From Fimicolochytrium jonesii (taxonomy: Eukaryota): a stretch of DNA of 64,000 bases. The notes under the pieces are model-generated. The model had not been told where the DNA came from, made no database searches, and saw only the letters and a list, made by a program, of their open reading frames with translations. The position numbers were made by a program, and so were the translations under genes. Position 1 is the stretch's first letter, and each line of letters begins with the position of its first letter. Positions 1 to 11,735 of the stretch are shown one piece after another. The stretch lies in assembly GCF_025526975.1 (NCBI RefSeq), contig NW_026515678.1:372001-436000 (forward strand). The letters run 5' to 3'.

Positions 1-138
1 TGAGGAATGCAATGCACAACGGAGCCGGTAAAGTTGCGAAGCGCAGCTTGAACGGACTTCCTCTTCCAACATCATGTCCCCACCAGCTTTGATTATCATC
101 TACACAGTCGGAAATGTCCCACCAGCAGTACGCCGTCT

Positions 139-1000
139 TTGCTCAGCTCCTCCACCACCCGGGTCGATATCTACGTAAAACCAAATGCGTATTCAGATAT
201 TTCGGGTGATTCTGCTGTGGGAAAATCGGGTCGCGCTCCTCACGGCTTGCAAGGAAGTGCATGCAAAGTGCATGTTGGGGATGTCTCCAGAAATATTACC
301 GTTACGTCGCAATGTGGTCGCAGTGTGCTCGACGATGCCCACGCCGTATTTGGACCTAAACCCATGCATGTATCCTTCAACACTCCCGACGGGTACATAC
401 AGTACATACGTCCGGAGGACAAGGAAGACGCTTTTGTTGGACAAGGTCCCATTTCGAAGATGGCGAACCTTCATAAGTGTACGCCAATGGACGTCTGCAT
501 ATCCGCGGCGGTTGGGACATGAACTACTCGTGCACGGCTCCGGCAAAGATTCTACCCAGTGTTTGGGCCCAATATGCAAGTGTCATGGCTGATTTCACAC
601 TCGCCGGTCCATCCGAAGAACCGGAACTGTTTCGACCACCACGGCCACTCAATGTGCCCCTGCCGTCTACCGAAGATCACTTCTTAGATAACATAGGGTC
701 CCTCTCCGATGCGCCGTTGAAAACGGTCAGCGGAATAATCGGGCGTGACCCGTGGAGCGTGCTTAAACCTCACGACATCTCGACGCTTCTCGATACGATC
801 GAAAGACTGGGGCATTTTTGGCTCCCCCGCTCCCCGGCGTACCGCTGCCTACGCCGCTGTTCCCATCCTGGCGCACCAAGACGGACAACAAAAGAACGGT
901 GATCTACTACGTCCCAAGGGAACTTGTGGAGCATGCTGAGTATCATGGGGGCGGCACGCTACTCGTGCGAGATTTTGCGGATTGCCCTTATTTCACCTGA
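139..1000 (+). pseudogene. Possible degenerate coding remnant or 3' part of an unknown gene
   Basis: Three protein-like ORFs in successive frames (139-522, 477-902, 818-1000) with no clean splice sites joining them. No family recognised. Confidence 0.2.
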
Positions 1001-1576
1001 GTCGAGTAGATTTCGGTGATGCGATTAGCGAATTCCGGCGTAGATGCTTTGCGTGGGATGGTGGTCAGCAAAATTGGCGTAATGGGGGCTGCGTGGAAAC
1101 AACGGTTCTCAGCAGCGAGAAGGGAGATCGGGGGGATGTAGTGTTTATTCTATATGGTGCAAAAAGGCTCGACATACACAGAACGACTTTCTCAATCACT
1201 CTGCATCCTTAGTTTCCTATGGATGTTCGAGCTTCTTGCAATGTATACATACTATGTACGTCTTCCTGGAGGAAGATGCTCTGGCTGTCGTTCCAGCAAA
1301 CGTGAACCTTGAGCTACCGCGCCACAGCCTACCTTCCAGATTCCTTCTACGCTTCTTCAAATGGATTTTGATGCGTATTGCGTCGATCGGTGGATTGTGC
1401 GGTGAAGATTGTGCTAATTATGGTTGGATACACCCGCGGTCCCTTGAGTGCGGTTCTGGCTGACCACCGTCCTAACCACAATCGAGACTTGCACAATATG
1501 GATGGGCGTCTACGTGCTCCATGGACTTATGGACTCGATGGGGTTTGCGCCACGCTATCGCTCTTTGCAGCCGAAG

Positions 1577-1584
1577 TATAAAAA
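1577..1584 (+). promoter_or_regulatory. TATA box of the pectin methylesterase gene
   Basis: TATAAAAA about 80 nt upstream of ATG 1662. Confidence 0.55.
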
Positions 1585-1661
1585 GAGCTGCTGCGAGTGC
1601 ATCTCCTCTCGTCCCCCTCAGATCTCGGAGTGCATCAATCCCCATATACATATCCGAAGCC

Positions 1662-2684
1662 ATGCTCTCCCTCAAGCTCATCTCGGCGGTCCTCCTCGCG
1701 ACCGCTCAACTCATCTTCGCCGTAACAGTCCCGCCCCCCGACGCGGTAATCGTGTCCCAAAACCCAATCTCAACCTACAAGGGTGCCGTAGCAGCTGTCG
1801 GCAACCGCACCGTCTTCCCATCCCTCAGCGCCGCCATCAACTCAACCAACCCCAAACTCGCCGCCTACATCTTCCTCTACCCCGGCACCTACAAAGAGCA
1901 AGCCATTATCCGCCGCAAAGCGCCCCTCCGCGTGGTCGGGTACAGCCCAGCCGACACAGACTACCGCGCCAACACGGTCCTCATCACCGCGTCCACCAAC
2001 GCCATCGTCGTCGGCTCCAACGACAAAAGCGCCACCATCTCCGTCCATAATGACGACACGGTGTTGCAGAACATCAACGTCGAGAACAGCTGGGTGGGCA
2101 ACCAGGCCATCGCGTTATCCCTGTACGGGGCCCGGATCGGAGTGTATGGGTGTCAGCTGCTCGGGTGGCAGGATACACTGCTCACGAACGACGGGACGCA
2201 CTTTTTTGGGAAAACCCTCATCGTGGGCGCGGTTGACTACATCTTTGGCCAACGCTCGCGCGCGTTTTTCCAGAAATGCGATATGACATCTTCCCGCAGC
2301 GGGTGGGTGACGGCCTCGGGGGTCGACACCGTCAACAACACGGGTGTGTACGTGTTCAACTACTGCACGGTGGGCAAGACCAAGAACGCCGAGGCGACTG
2401 CCGAGGGCGGCGTTTACCTCGGCAGGCCGTGGAGGGAGTACGCACACGTCGTGTGGATGAGGTCCAATCTGTCGTCGGTTATTAACCCGGCCGGGTGGGC
2501 CAAGTGGGGTGCAACTGATAACCCGGTTCATACGCAGTACTATGAGTATAATAATGTGGGGCCTGGGGCGGACCTTAGCAAGCGAGTCAACTTTTCGCGG
2601 ACTTTGACCATTGCAGAAGCGAAGAAGTATGAGATTGCGAATGTTTTGGGGACGCCTGCTTGGTGGGAGACGAGGTATCAGTGA
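1662..2684 (+). CDS. Secreted pectin methylesterase (CE8), intronless
   Basis: Signal peptide MLSLKLISAVLLATAQLIFA. All five PME motifs present: PGTYKE, QAIAL, GWQDTL, VDYIFG, YLGRPW. Confidence 0.95.
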   Translation: MLSLKLISAVLLATAQLIFAVTVPPPDAVIVSQNPISTYKGAVAAVGNRTVFPSLSAAINSTNPKLAAYIFLYPGTYKEQAIIRRKAPLRVVGYSPADTDYRANTVLITASTNAIVVGSNDKSATISVHNDDTVLQNINVENSWVGNQAIALSLYGARIGVYGCQLLGWQDTLLTNDGTHFFGKTLIVGAVDYIFGQRSRAFFQKCDMTSSRSGWVTASGVDTVNNTGVYVFNYCTVGKTKNAEATAEGGVYLGRPWREYAHVVWMRSNLSSVINPAGWAKWGATDNPVHTQYYEYNNVGPGADLSKRVNFSRTLTIAEAKKYEIANVLGTPAWWETRYQ

Positions 2685-3226
2685 GTAGCATAGATAGTGT
2701 AGGACCCTATGTAGCTGGGCAACGTCGCGCAGGATTTCCGTGTAGGTTGCGTGGGGTTAGCACACAATTCTAATTTATGCTCTAATGCATCCTTGCCGTG
2801 AGTACAATTGCTCGAAAACGCATCGCTTGGAAGCACAGGCCTCTCTACCTCGAACTCCCAGAACGCCCGATCAAGTGGCCCGGCGTGCGGAGTTTGTGGT
2901 GTGGGTCAGTAACATAACGCGTCCTCTTGGTCAACATCGAATTCCTCGATCTGCAATATCAGCCAAGCTGCCCGTTACAGGCATTCCATCGGTTCCGCGC
3001 TCACGACAATGCAACAAGACAACCATGTATCCTGTTCAACTGATCCAAATGAAGGGCATAACGAGACGGGCACGCCGCATATGCCATGCGTCGAAAACGG
3101 GAAATTGAGCAGGATACAGCAATTCATGTTTATTCTGATCAACAAGACAGCGGGGTGAAGCTTGCCGCAGCAATACACTAGGAGAACTAGGCCGCGTAGC
3201 CATTGTGCATCTAGGCGTAGCATGGA

Positions 3227-4646
3227 TCACTTGAACAGCTTCTTGATACTCATGTTCTGCTCCGAGTCCTTCTTCAGGACCTGCAAACGTAAAGAGTAGT
3301 GTATATTGTGGTGAGTCCAGCCGTCCATCGCCAACAACGGAGAGAAAGCGGATCCATACCTTTGCAACAGCCATTTCAAAGTCCTCCTGTGTGACGTGCA
3401 CCCTCCTCTCACGAAGAGCGTACATTCCCGCTTCCGTACATATACCCTTAACCTCCGCACCGCTCGCCCCACCCGTCTTCTCAGCAATCTTCCGCAGGTT
3501 GATGCCTCGCGTCATGTTCATTTTCCTGCTGTGGATCTTCAGAATGTCCGTTCGCGCCGCTTCGTTCGGTGGCGGGAACTCAATCTTCCTGTCGATACGG
3601 CCGGGTCGGAGGAGGGCTGAGTCAAGGATATCGATACGGTTGGTGGCCATGATAACTTTGATGCTTTGGGTGGCTTCGAAACCGTCAAGCTGATTCAGCA
3701 GTTCCAACATCGTGCGCTGCACTTCCGAGTCGCCTCCGCCGCTGCCTCCGCCCTCGATACGGCTAGATCCGATGGAATCGATTTCGTCCATGAAGATGAT
3801 GGACGGAGCGTGCTCGCGAGCCATCACGAAGAGCTCACGCACCATTCGACTTCCTTCTCCAATGTACTTTTGCACCAATTCGGAACCGCTGACTCGGATA
3901 AATCGACAGTCGGTGTGGTGGGCTACGGCTCTCGCGAGGAGAGTCTTGCCCGTCCCTGGAGGCCCGTACAGTAGCACTCCTTTGGGCTGTGCAATACCGA
4001 GCGCGTCGAAGAGCTCTGGGTGTTTCACGGGAAGCTCGATGACCTCCTTAATCTCTTTGATCTGGTTCTCGAGACCTCCAATCATCTCGTACGTCGAGTC
4101 GGGCACCTTCTCCACCATCATCAGACTGACCAGAGGATCCACCTTGTTTGGCAGGATCTTGTGCAGTTGGTAACTATCATGCCTCAAAGCCACACGCACG
4201 GTTGGGGTCAGCTCTGCAATGTCGATCGAGGGATTGATGTCTACAACGTATTTTCCTTCCGGCTGCACTTTGACGAGGATTTTCGTTTTGCCCATGAGCT
4301 TGACGACTTCGCCAACATAGGAACCGGGTTCTTGCAGAAGTTGAAGTTCCTCGCGTAGAAGACGGACTTTTGTGTTCAACTGGTTACGCTGCGCTTCGAG
4401 ACGGCGTAGATTTTGGCTCATATGAGAAGCCTTCGTTTCCAGCTCCTATATATAAAGTAGCGTGAGAATTGTGATGAGTGGATGTTGGACACGCGAAAGA
4501 TCGGGCCATGCCCATGCAAATCTTGTGGGCAGAAACCCATTTCCCACCGCTACGAGCATCTATCGAGGAATTCTCTGAGCTATGGGCGCACGTACCTCGA
4601 TCTTGTTTTTGTAATAGGACTTTATGCCCTCTGATGACTTGACCAT
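3227..4646 (-). CDS. RPT6: 26S proteasome AAA-ATPase subunit Rpt6 (exons 4646-4596, 4445-3360, 3280-3227)
   Basis: Walker A GPPGTGKT, Walker [31 protein letters not shown]. Splicing two GT-AG introns gives the canonical C-terminus NMSIKKLFK. Confidence 0.97.
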
Positions 4647-5101
4647 CTTTGCGATTTGTCACTGATTTATGTGGATGAAAGAGTGCAGAACCGGGAATCC
4701 GGTGGGGTTGAGAGTGATGAGTCTTTCGTGGGGTGCTCCTAGAGGCGAAAGCTTTCGAGCAAGCGACGCTCAGGTATACTGTATATTCGAAACCCTTTGC
4801 GTATGAGAGGGACTGAGTGGCCGGCCCTGTCTGTCTGGCGTATGGTGGGACTTTGGGTAATTTTGTCCAAGTTGCTCGCCAGAGACTAGACGCGACTGCT
4901 CGCGCGCTGATGGAAGAGCAAACGACGACATTGCCACGCCCGCCCACTGGTTCTGAACTCAACGAGCTTGCCTGTACTTAGCCCAGGCTTTTGCGAAACC
5001 CTCGTCGGGATAGAGCAAGTTTTCAGCCCTTCAATCGACTCCATCAACGGAACTCTTGGGTCACCGTCTGAACATATCTTACTCCTTTGAGTTATTCGAC
5101 A

Positions 5102-5169
5102 TTCGACCAGGGGGGGCAGAACTTTCAAAGATTTGTTCGACCAGGGGGGGCAGAACTTTCAAAGATTTG
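5102..5169. repeat. Perfect 34-bp tandem duplication
   Basis: ttcgaccagggggggcagaactttcaaagatttg occurs twice in tandem. Confidence 0.9.
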
Positions 5170-6064
5170 TTGGAACTCGATTGAAACCTGCATGGCTAAA
5201 GAGGACGGTGGGATTACTAGATCTCCACGTTACCAAGCGTTTCAAGCATGCTGGAGTCCGAGGGTGGGAACCTCGCCGCCAAACTTGGCTTAGGCGTTCC
5301 GAATATGCGGCTGTTTGCCTGAGGGCGGTATGGATGTATGTACTTGGGTTGAACGGGCGTAGCGATATACAATTTCGCGATCAAACCCCCGGACGAACTG
5401 GCATTTCCGTGGGGAAGGCTCTTTCTGAACTTCACTTGGTTGAATCCTTACTTTGTGGACCTGTTGCGGCAGGAAATCGACCTGATCTCAGCGCAAGTAA
5501 TGGGGGCAGTGCATAGATCGGGTTCGTTCACCAGGAACGTTATCGACATATGTGGGCTGAGAAAAATGCTGCACCACCGATGCAGTCATGTTTTCCGCTC
5601 CATATGCTATCCTGACATTCTACCTAACCACAAAACTTTGCGAGAACTCGCCGCTCTGATCGTCACAGTCCTGTATTCAAAGACGCCAATCGCAGTATCG
5701 TAAATGTGCCGTCCTGCGGCATAAATTACCGAAACCGAGGCCACGTTATTCCTAAAACAGGCCAGGGAGGCCACGGGGTATGCATAGGGGTATCTCAAGC
5801 CAATTACAGATTTCTTTCGAGAAAGACGCTAGTCTGGCGGGTCACACGCTATTCTACCAAGGGGAGTGTTGATCTGTTTGCCATCCGCACGGTTTCGTCG
5901 CAATGACATCCCGGCCCTGGGCCGGCTCGCGAATGTCTTTTTCGGGTCGAAGCGGAGCATGCCATCGTCGTCGGACTAGCTCATCGTTCACGAGTCGGAG
6001 AACTTCGGATTTTCGTATCGCGGAAATTGTATTGCAAGAAGGATTTCGATTTGCGGTCGGGGTT

Positions 6065-6202
6065 TCAAGCAAGATGCAAAGAATGCACCGACTTTCTCCA
6101 AGCCTCCACAGCAAGCCGCGCCGTGATGAGCGCCGCAGTCATCGTCCCGTTGACAGTGTAGACGATGGCTTTTTTAACTGGGTTGGGCATGTGCGCTGAC
6201 AT
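6065..6202 (-). CDS. Candidate 45-aa small ORF
   Basis: TATAAAA at 6383-6389 (minus), CA-rich leader, AAAATG context. Product MSAHMPNPVKKAIVYTVNGTMTAALITARLAVEAWRKSVHSLHLA. No homology recognised. Confidence 0.25.
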   Translation of the reverse strand: MSAHMPNPVKKAIVYTVNGTMTAALITARLAVEAWRKSVHSLHLA

Positions 6203-7662
6203 TTTGCTCCTTTGTTGATGAGGTTCGGCGTAGTTAGGGTGTTTGGATGTGGTGCTTCAGTTTGAGTAAATGCTGATTAGGGTTGTTGGTGGTGGAGTGG
6301 TTTGTCTCCATGATATGATACTTTGGTGGTGGTGAGGGTAACCCAGTATCAAGAGAAGGGGACTTGGAGATCCTCTAAGCGCTTTTATACTTGAATTCCA
6401 GCCCGTTCCCAGATTTGCATACGTACCAGAAAACACTTGCGGCACTCGGGAAGCCCCCTCATCCCTCGTGCTTTAGCAACAACCCTTCAAGGTAGATACT
6501 AGACATACACTAGACAAAAAAAAATAAAAGCCGGCACGACGCCCGCAACGTGTGGGCGGATCGGAATCGGAGGGCAGGAAGCGAAAAGTCATCAATTTCA
6601 GCCTCGGGTGTCCGAGAGAGTCCGCGTGTCCGATTGTCGGAGGCTCTTGCCGCCGTGGAGGCTCCGAGACGCGCGCGGCTGACATAAGCGCGTTTTGACG
6701 TGTTACTTCTTTGCGTGCAGCATTTAGACATTGCCTGTCGGTAGATATGACTTGAACACTACAGGTCTTAGCGCATTGGAGAACAAAAGGCATCATCGAC
6801 TTAGGTGATCACACCTGACGACAGGACGAAAGGATGTGCCCCTCCGTCCCTGTACTGAAGTACTCGAGAGCAATTGGTTGGACGGGAGTTACAGCACAGG
6901 ATGTTACCTCCCCGTAGCTGCCGCAGCTTGGTCCAGAATAACAACGCGCCCCCCTCGAGGCCGGCACTTGCATACTTTCGTGAAGGTTGTCTCTTTTGAA
7001 GCTTGTCATCACTTTGCAATGGGTTTCAGGAGAATTGGGAACGACCATTCTGTAGCACGAGAGAAACCGGACGGGGTCGCCTTTCTGAACAACAGAGATA
7101 AGCTGCCTATCGCATTTTTTGAAGGGCCGAGACCGGTAGCAAAAAAGGCAAGCGGGCCGCTGGCTTGACAAAGATCATTTGGAACCTCACGTCTATACAG
7201 CCCCATGCACGCAAGTTGTTCATTACCAGCAACCACCGCGTTCCAGAAGACTTCTGAACGTATGGCGTTCAGTGCATCAACCTCCAGAGCGTTTTCTGTG
7301 TGATGCACTTAGCGGGGTGTAGAGCGTTCCAGCGCACTTGGGCATGTTCAAGCACGAAAGAGAAGTTACCGAATCGTTCCTCCACAATGATTCACGTGGA
7401 GAGCCATCGTTTCCTCCCGCAAGCCCGAAGCTCTCCAGGTGTCGTAGCACAGCAACCCTCAGCGACAAAAATGCGAGTCCAAAATCGATAAATTAGGGAT
7501 GTACCAAGAGCGATTATGATTTATGGGTGTGCAAGAAGGTTGACTCTACATCCACAGCACGAGAGAAGGGGTAATCTGTCCAATAGTGCACGCCATTGGC
7601 TTTCCTAGCCTTCGCACCAAATACAGGATGTCCCGTGACGGATAACGGAAGAAGCATAGCCC

Positions 7663-9585
7663 TCACTTAGGCAACAAGAGTATCTTCCTCCGTCTCCTCG
7701 CAGCAGCATTTGTCGCCGCATTCGTCGGGTGAATAACCGCATCCTTCTCCTCCACCGTCCGCTTCGCGCCCTGGTATATCCAAAGTCCCAAAAACGTGAT
7801 CGCAATCCCCAACCCCTGCCGCGCATCCACATGCTGTCCGAACCACACAATCGATGCGCAAATGACAAAGATGCGTTTGACGAGGGATGCGACCGAGTAG
7901 GTGACGGGCGAGACGAGGGAGAGGAGGTGGAAGGCGATGATGTTTTGAAAGAAGTGAGTCAGGCCGTTGAGGATGAAGAGGATGAGGAGCGGGTGGCCTG
8001 ATGCTGCTTGTGGGTGGGTTGTTGGTGGTGGTGGCGATGCGGCTGAGAGGAGGTGGATGACGGAGGATGCGTCGGAGGAGAGCCAGAGGGGGAACATGCC
8101 GAGGAAGGCGAGGCCGCTGGAGTAGAAGAGGAGGTTGAGTTTGTCGAGTGGTTGGAAGTCGGGTGACTGCGTTGAAGCGGTGGTTGTGGGAAGCGGGTCT
8201 GCTTTCTGGACAGCGGAAGCGACGAACAGATCCTTCGTGTACATGTTCTGCACGACAAAGATGAGCGTTGATGTTAACGCGCAGAGGAAGCCAAACACGT
8301 TAAATGTCAGTTCTGAGATGCACACCAGCATGACGCCGAAGGTGAGTGGCATCAGAGCTAGGTAGACCTTCAAGGGGTAGTTGATGTTGTAGAATAGGCG
8401 GTAAAGCGCCACGGTGAACAGCGGCGACAGCGCTTTGATGGTGTGCGCGAAACTGACTGGGACTCGCGAGATGGCCAAACTCGAAAAGACATGCCCGAAA
8501 ATTTGGAAGGCAGCCATCGGCGAAACGGACTTTACGAGCGTCCAGGATGGCGGGCGTAATTTCATGTGGCCGCTGCTATCACTCGTGGACGCCCCTCCCT
8601 TTGCCATGGGCGTGAGATTTAGCAGACTCGACAAAAAGCACAGCCCGGCGACGAATCCAAACTGGACATAGGTCAGCGTCACGGGGTATTTGAATTGATT
8701 CAGGATTTGTTTGCCGGTTGTGTTCGTCAATGCCGAGGAGGCATACCACATTGCGCACAGCGCGCAGAATTTGAGTGTTGCGCGTGGAATGCGAAACACT
8801 CGTGTGATAGCTGCAGGGCATATTCGTGTTCCGGCGGGGGATTTATGGCTATGGCTATTCCGCCGTGGGTGGTGGTGGTGATTTTGTGATGGCTCAGGTC
8901 TGGGATATGGCGACTTAGGTGCGTGCTTTGTGGGTGTGAGTGGCATGTGATAGGATGCGGACGATTCGTACGCCACAACGGACGGTATGCGGATAGTGGG
9001 ATTAGACGCGGTGGAAGGCATGGCTGGCCCGTTCTTCGTATGTTGACCGTCGAAAAGCTGTTCTGGCGTCTGCGGAATTGGGTCGTCTTCCTGTACTGCG
9101 TCGGAGTTGAATTCAACGAGCTCACTGCCTACCGCTCCGGCACAAATTTCGGGCCGTGTCTCCGAAGGCTCCTGCCCGTACTCTCCCGGATACTCAGCTT
9201 CCAAGCGCCGTTGTTGTGATGGTTGTTTGTCGTGTCGATAAGCCGAGATGCCCAAGTCTCGCGAAAGGAGGGGAAAAGAGCGGCTGTGGCGCAATGGCGA
9301 TAAAAATAACGGCCCGATGACTTCTGCGGAAGGAGGCGCGGTGGTCGGCGGAAGGGCGGCGGGCGAGGCCGGCGGGGTGAGCGAGACAACCGAGTGCGGT
9401 GGCGATCTCTTCGAGAGCGATGGAGGTGTTAGCGCGGTGTGTGAGTGTGGTGGCGGCTGCAGTCCAGATGCAACGGTCTCCTTGTTGACATGGAGCCGAT
9501 GATTGCCGCTAAATTCGCTCTCCCTGACTGCGCGTCTTCCTTCTTCTCGTTCCAACGACGACAACGGCGACAGCATGATATGCAT
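7663..9585 (-). CDS. Triose-phosphate transporter family (SLC35E1/Sly41-like) with long disordered N-terminus; start codon uncertain
   Basis: CAMWYASSALTNTTGKQIL, PVSFAHTIKALSPLFTV, LDKLNLLFYSS, VSPVTYSVASLVKRIFVI and multiple TM segments. Confidence 0.9.
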   Translation of the reverse strand: MHIMLSPLSSLEREEGRRAVRESEFSGNHRLHVNKETVASGLQPPPHSHTALTPPSLSKRSPPHSVVSLTPPASPAALPPTTAPPSAEVIGPLFLSPLRHSRSFPLLSRDLGISAYRHDKQPSQQRRLEAEYPGEYGQEPSETRPEICAGAVGSELVEFNSDAVQEDDPIPQTPEQLFDGQHTKNGPAMPSTASNPTIRIPSVVAYESSASYHMPLTPTKHAPKSPYPRPEPSQNHHHHPRRNSHSHKSPAGTRICPAAITRVFRIPRATLKFCALCAMWYASSALTNTTGKQILNQFKYPVTLTYVQFGFVAGLCFLSSLLNLTPMAKGGASTSDSSGHMKLRPPSWTLVKSVSPMAAFQIFGHVFSSLAISRVPVSFAHTIKALSPLFTVALYRLFYNINYPLKVYLALMPLTFGVMLVCISELTFNVFGFLCALTSTLIFVVQNMYTKDLFVASAVQKADPLPTTTASTQSPDFQPLDKLNLLFYSSGLAFLGMFPLWLSSDASSVIHLLSAASPPPPTTHPQAASGHPLLILFILNGLTHFFQNIIAFHLLSLVSPVTYSVASLVKRIFVICASIVWFGQHVDARQGLGIAITFLGLWIYQGAKRTVEEKDAVIHPTNAATNAAARRRRKILLLPK

Positions 9586-10513
9586 TGGATGCACAGAGTA
9601 TGCACTGGCTTACACTGACAACAGCGTCAGAGTATAGATCCGGAGTGCCTTCAGGAAAAAACCTGGCGATTGAAGGTATAAATACAAGGCTGGTAAGCTC
9701 GGTTGTCGCCGAAGTCGTCGGCCGTGGTGTTGTACGCTCCCAACCCGAAACAAACGTGCTACGAAGCTTGCATCTACATCCGGTTTGAGGCCAATATCTG
9801 CCTACCTTCGATGAATCTATAAGCTTCCCTAGACCAAACAATACGTACGAGAAAAAGAACGTTGCGCATGCGAATCCCATTGGATGGAAAACAGGAAGAT
9901 ACGGACACTCCGCCCATGCAGAGCCAATGGAAAACGTATGGGGGAAAGCATTCTTTCCCTCGTGCATGACGGAATGCGTGCGGATGTTGATCGAACAGAT
10001 AAGGAAGCTTGCGGCAGTCTGCACTTTAATCCCTTCGCCGTCTGGTGGCCCGAAGGGGGTGAAAAGGGGGCTTGAGAGACGGTGAAAAACCTGTCAATTG
10101 TCAAGGTTGACCTCACGCGTCAAAATGCCTTTTCCTGCCGCGTCCCATTTCCGTGCTCACCAACCATGGATGCGCTCAGGTCGTCGAGGTAGAAAGGAAT
10201 GAATTGAAACTTGGGGCCAAGCAAAGGATTTCTAGCTATCGGGCACACACACAACTCTACGCTATTCGGAAGGGCCGTGGTCTAGATGTTTATTTATCCG
10301 GAGTCTATGTAGCATATATCTAATCTATGGGGAAGGGCTCGGGTTGTGTTTCGCAATGCAGCCGTTATGGTCGATACCTAACCGTCATGCATATGGCGAG
10401 GGTTGATATCAATGCGATGGTGTAGCTGCAGCCGCGATGTCGGTAGTTGAGATCAGAAGTGGGGGTTTGTACATGCGATGCCGTCTTTCGGGAAGGAACG
10501 TTCTATCTGCCGC

Positions 10514-10825
10514 CTACTTCGGGCAGATATAAAAGAACAACTTGGCCGCCTGCCACGCCGTGCACTGGCTGTTACACCTATCCGCCGAGCAAAACACATA
10601 CAAGTTCGGCTGGTTAGCCACCAGCCGGCCCGCATCGACGTCCTTATTGCATTGGCAGTAGCAGCGCTTGCAGCACGAGTAGCAGCCCTTTCGGCGTTCG
10701 AGGGTGTTGCGGGTCTCGAGACCGGTGTGGGTCGGGGTGGCGGATGTGGGGGTTGCGAGGGCGAGGAGGGTCACTAGGAGGGTGAGGGTGAGGAGGAGGA
10801 GGGGGGTTGAGGGGCGGCGGGCCAT
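10514..10825 (-). CDS. Small secreted cysteine-rich prepro-peptide (103 aa; predicted 58-aa mature peptide with 10 Cys)
   Basis: Hydrophobic signal LLLLTLTLLVTLLALATPTSA, pro-region ending LERR, then KGCYSCCKRCYCQC...C...C...C...CPK. TATA near 10935 and CA-rich leader. Confidence 0.85.
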   Translation of the reverse strand: MARRPSTPLLLLTLTLLVTLLALATPTSATPTHTGLETRNTLERRKGCYSCCKRCYCQCNKDVDAGRLVANQPNLYVFCSADRCNSQCTAWQAAKLFFYICPK

Positions 10826-11593
10826 GTTTGCTTGCGATTTGCGGTGGGTGTTTCGAGGTGGGTTTTGCCTATTGCTTTGTTGCTGTTGCGCTTGTGACGA
10901 TGAAAACGAAGGGAGTCCGACCAAACCCACCGTTTATAAATAACCCTCGTTCCTCTGACCAGCATCTGCGACCTCCCCTCCGCAAGACTTGCGAACAAGC
11001 CGTCTCCAATTCGACCAACGCATCCTTCATTGCCGCTAAATTCAGATCGAGCACCATGACGTTGCGGACCCCAGTCAAGGTCATCGTGTCTCAAAGAATG
11101 ACACACAGACGACTCGCAAACGCAGACGACAGGCAACCACACAGACGACTCGGGGTCATAAAGCGGGTCCTGGTGCTGAGATCACAGAATCTCCTTCCGC
11201 CACACGCGTTTGTCGGGGTCCAAACGCGTCGGTAAGACCCGTCGTACTGTACGTTCTCGAGAAAGAAAGGGAACATGATTGGGACAGACGCCGGCAAACA
11301 CGAGAGGCGGGTCGGAATCTCATTGATATGAAACCTGAGGCACCGAACGGAATGATGACTTGAATGTCCCATGGCGCAGAGCGTTTTCATTTCCGCGCGC
11401 TGGATTCATAAATATGGCGACTTTTGATATCGTCTCCCTCTTTCAAATAGATAGATGGGATGTGGTCGCATGTCCTGGCGCTGAAATCGCTGATCATTAA
11501 TTTCCGATTTTTCACCGAGGATGCTTCTCGCGTTCTCTGAAGAGCCGAGCCTGTCGGTGCCTCACGTTCGCCAAACTGTCGGTCTGGTTGGGC

Positions 11594-11735
11594 CCCGAGT
11601 TCTCTCCTTGTTGAAAACGCCGTCGTCCCAAGCTGTCTCGTTATTCACCCTTCTTTATCCCCGAGCTGTGTCCTGGTCATCGCCATTATCCCGGGTTGTC
11701 TCCTTCTTTACATTGCGGTTCCCCGAGCTGTCCCC
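11594..11735. repeat. Five degenerate copies of a ~14-nt motif (cccgagctgtctcc) at a 30-33 nt period
   Basis: Copies start near 11594, 11627, 11660, 11690 and 11722 with unrelated spacers. Confidence 0.65.

Noticed and set aside
3036..3359. Long C-terminal extension of Rpt6 in the ORF track
   Set aside because: Intron read-through; splicing 3359-3281 restores the canonical end.
4929..4940. PACE/Rpn4-like site upstream of RPT6
   Set aside because: CGTGGCAAT differs from GGTGGCAAA at two positions, which is too weak to call.
6510..6720. GC-rich stretch ending in a T-run on the minus strand, considered as a Pol III ncRNA or U4 snRNA
   Set aside because: Only short partial similarity to U4 and no U6-pairing segments; the T-run also fits a splice acceptor or promoter tract.
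5250..7500. Transposon remnant between RPT6 and the TPT gene
   Set aside because: No terminal repeats, target-site duplication or RT/transposase motifs seen.
11594..11735. Repeat-spacer array resembling a CRISPR
   Set aside because: Eukaryotic context, repeats only ~14 nt and degenerate, spacers under 20 nt, no cas genes.
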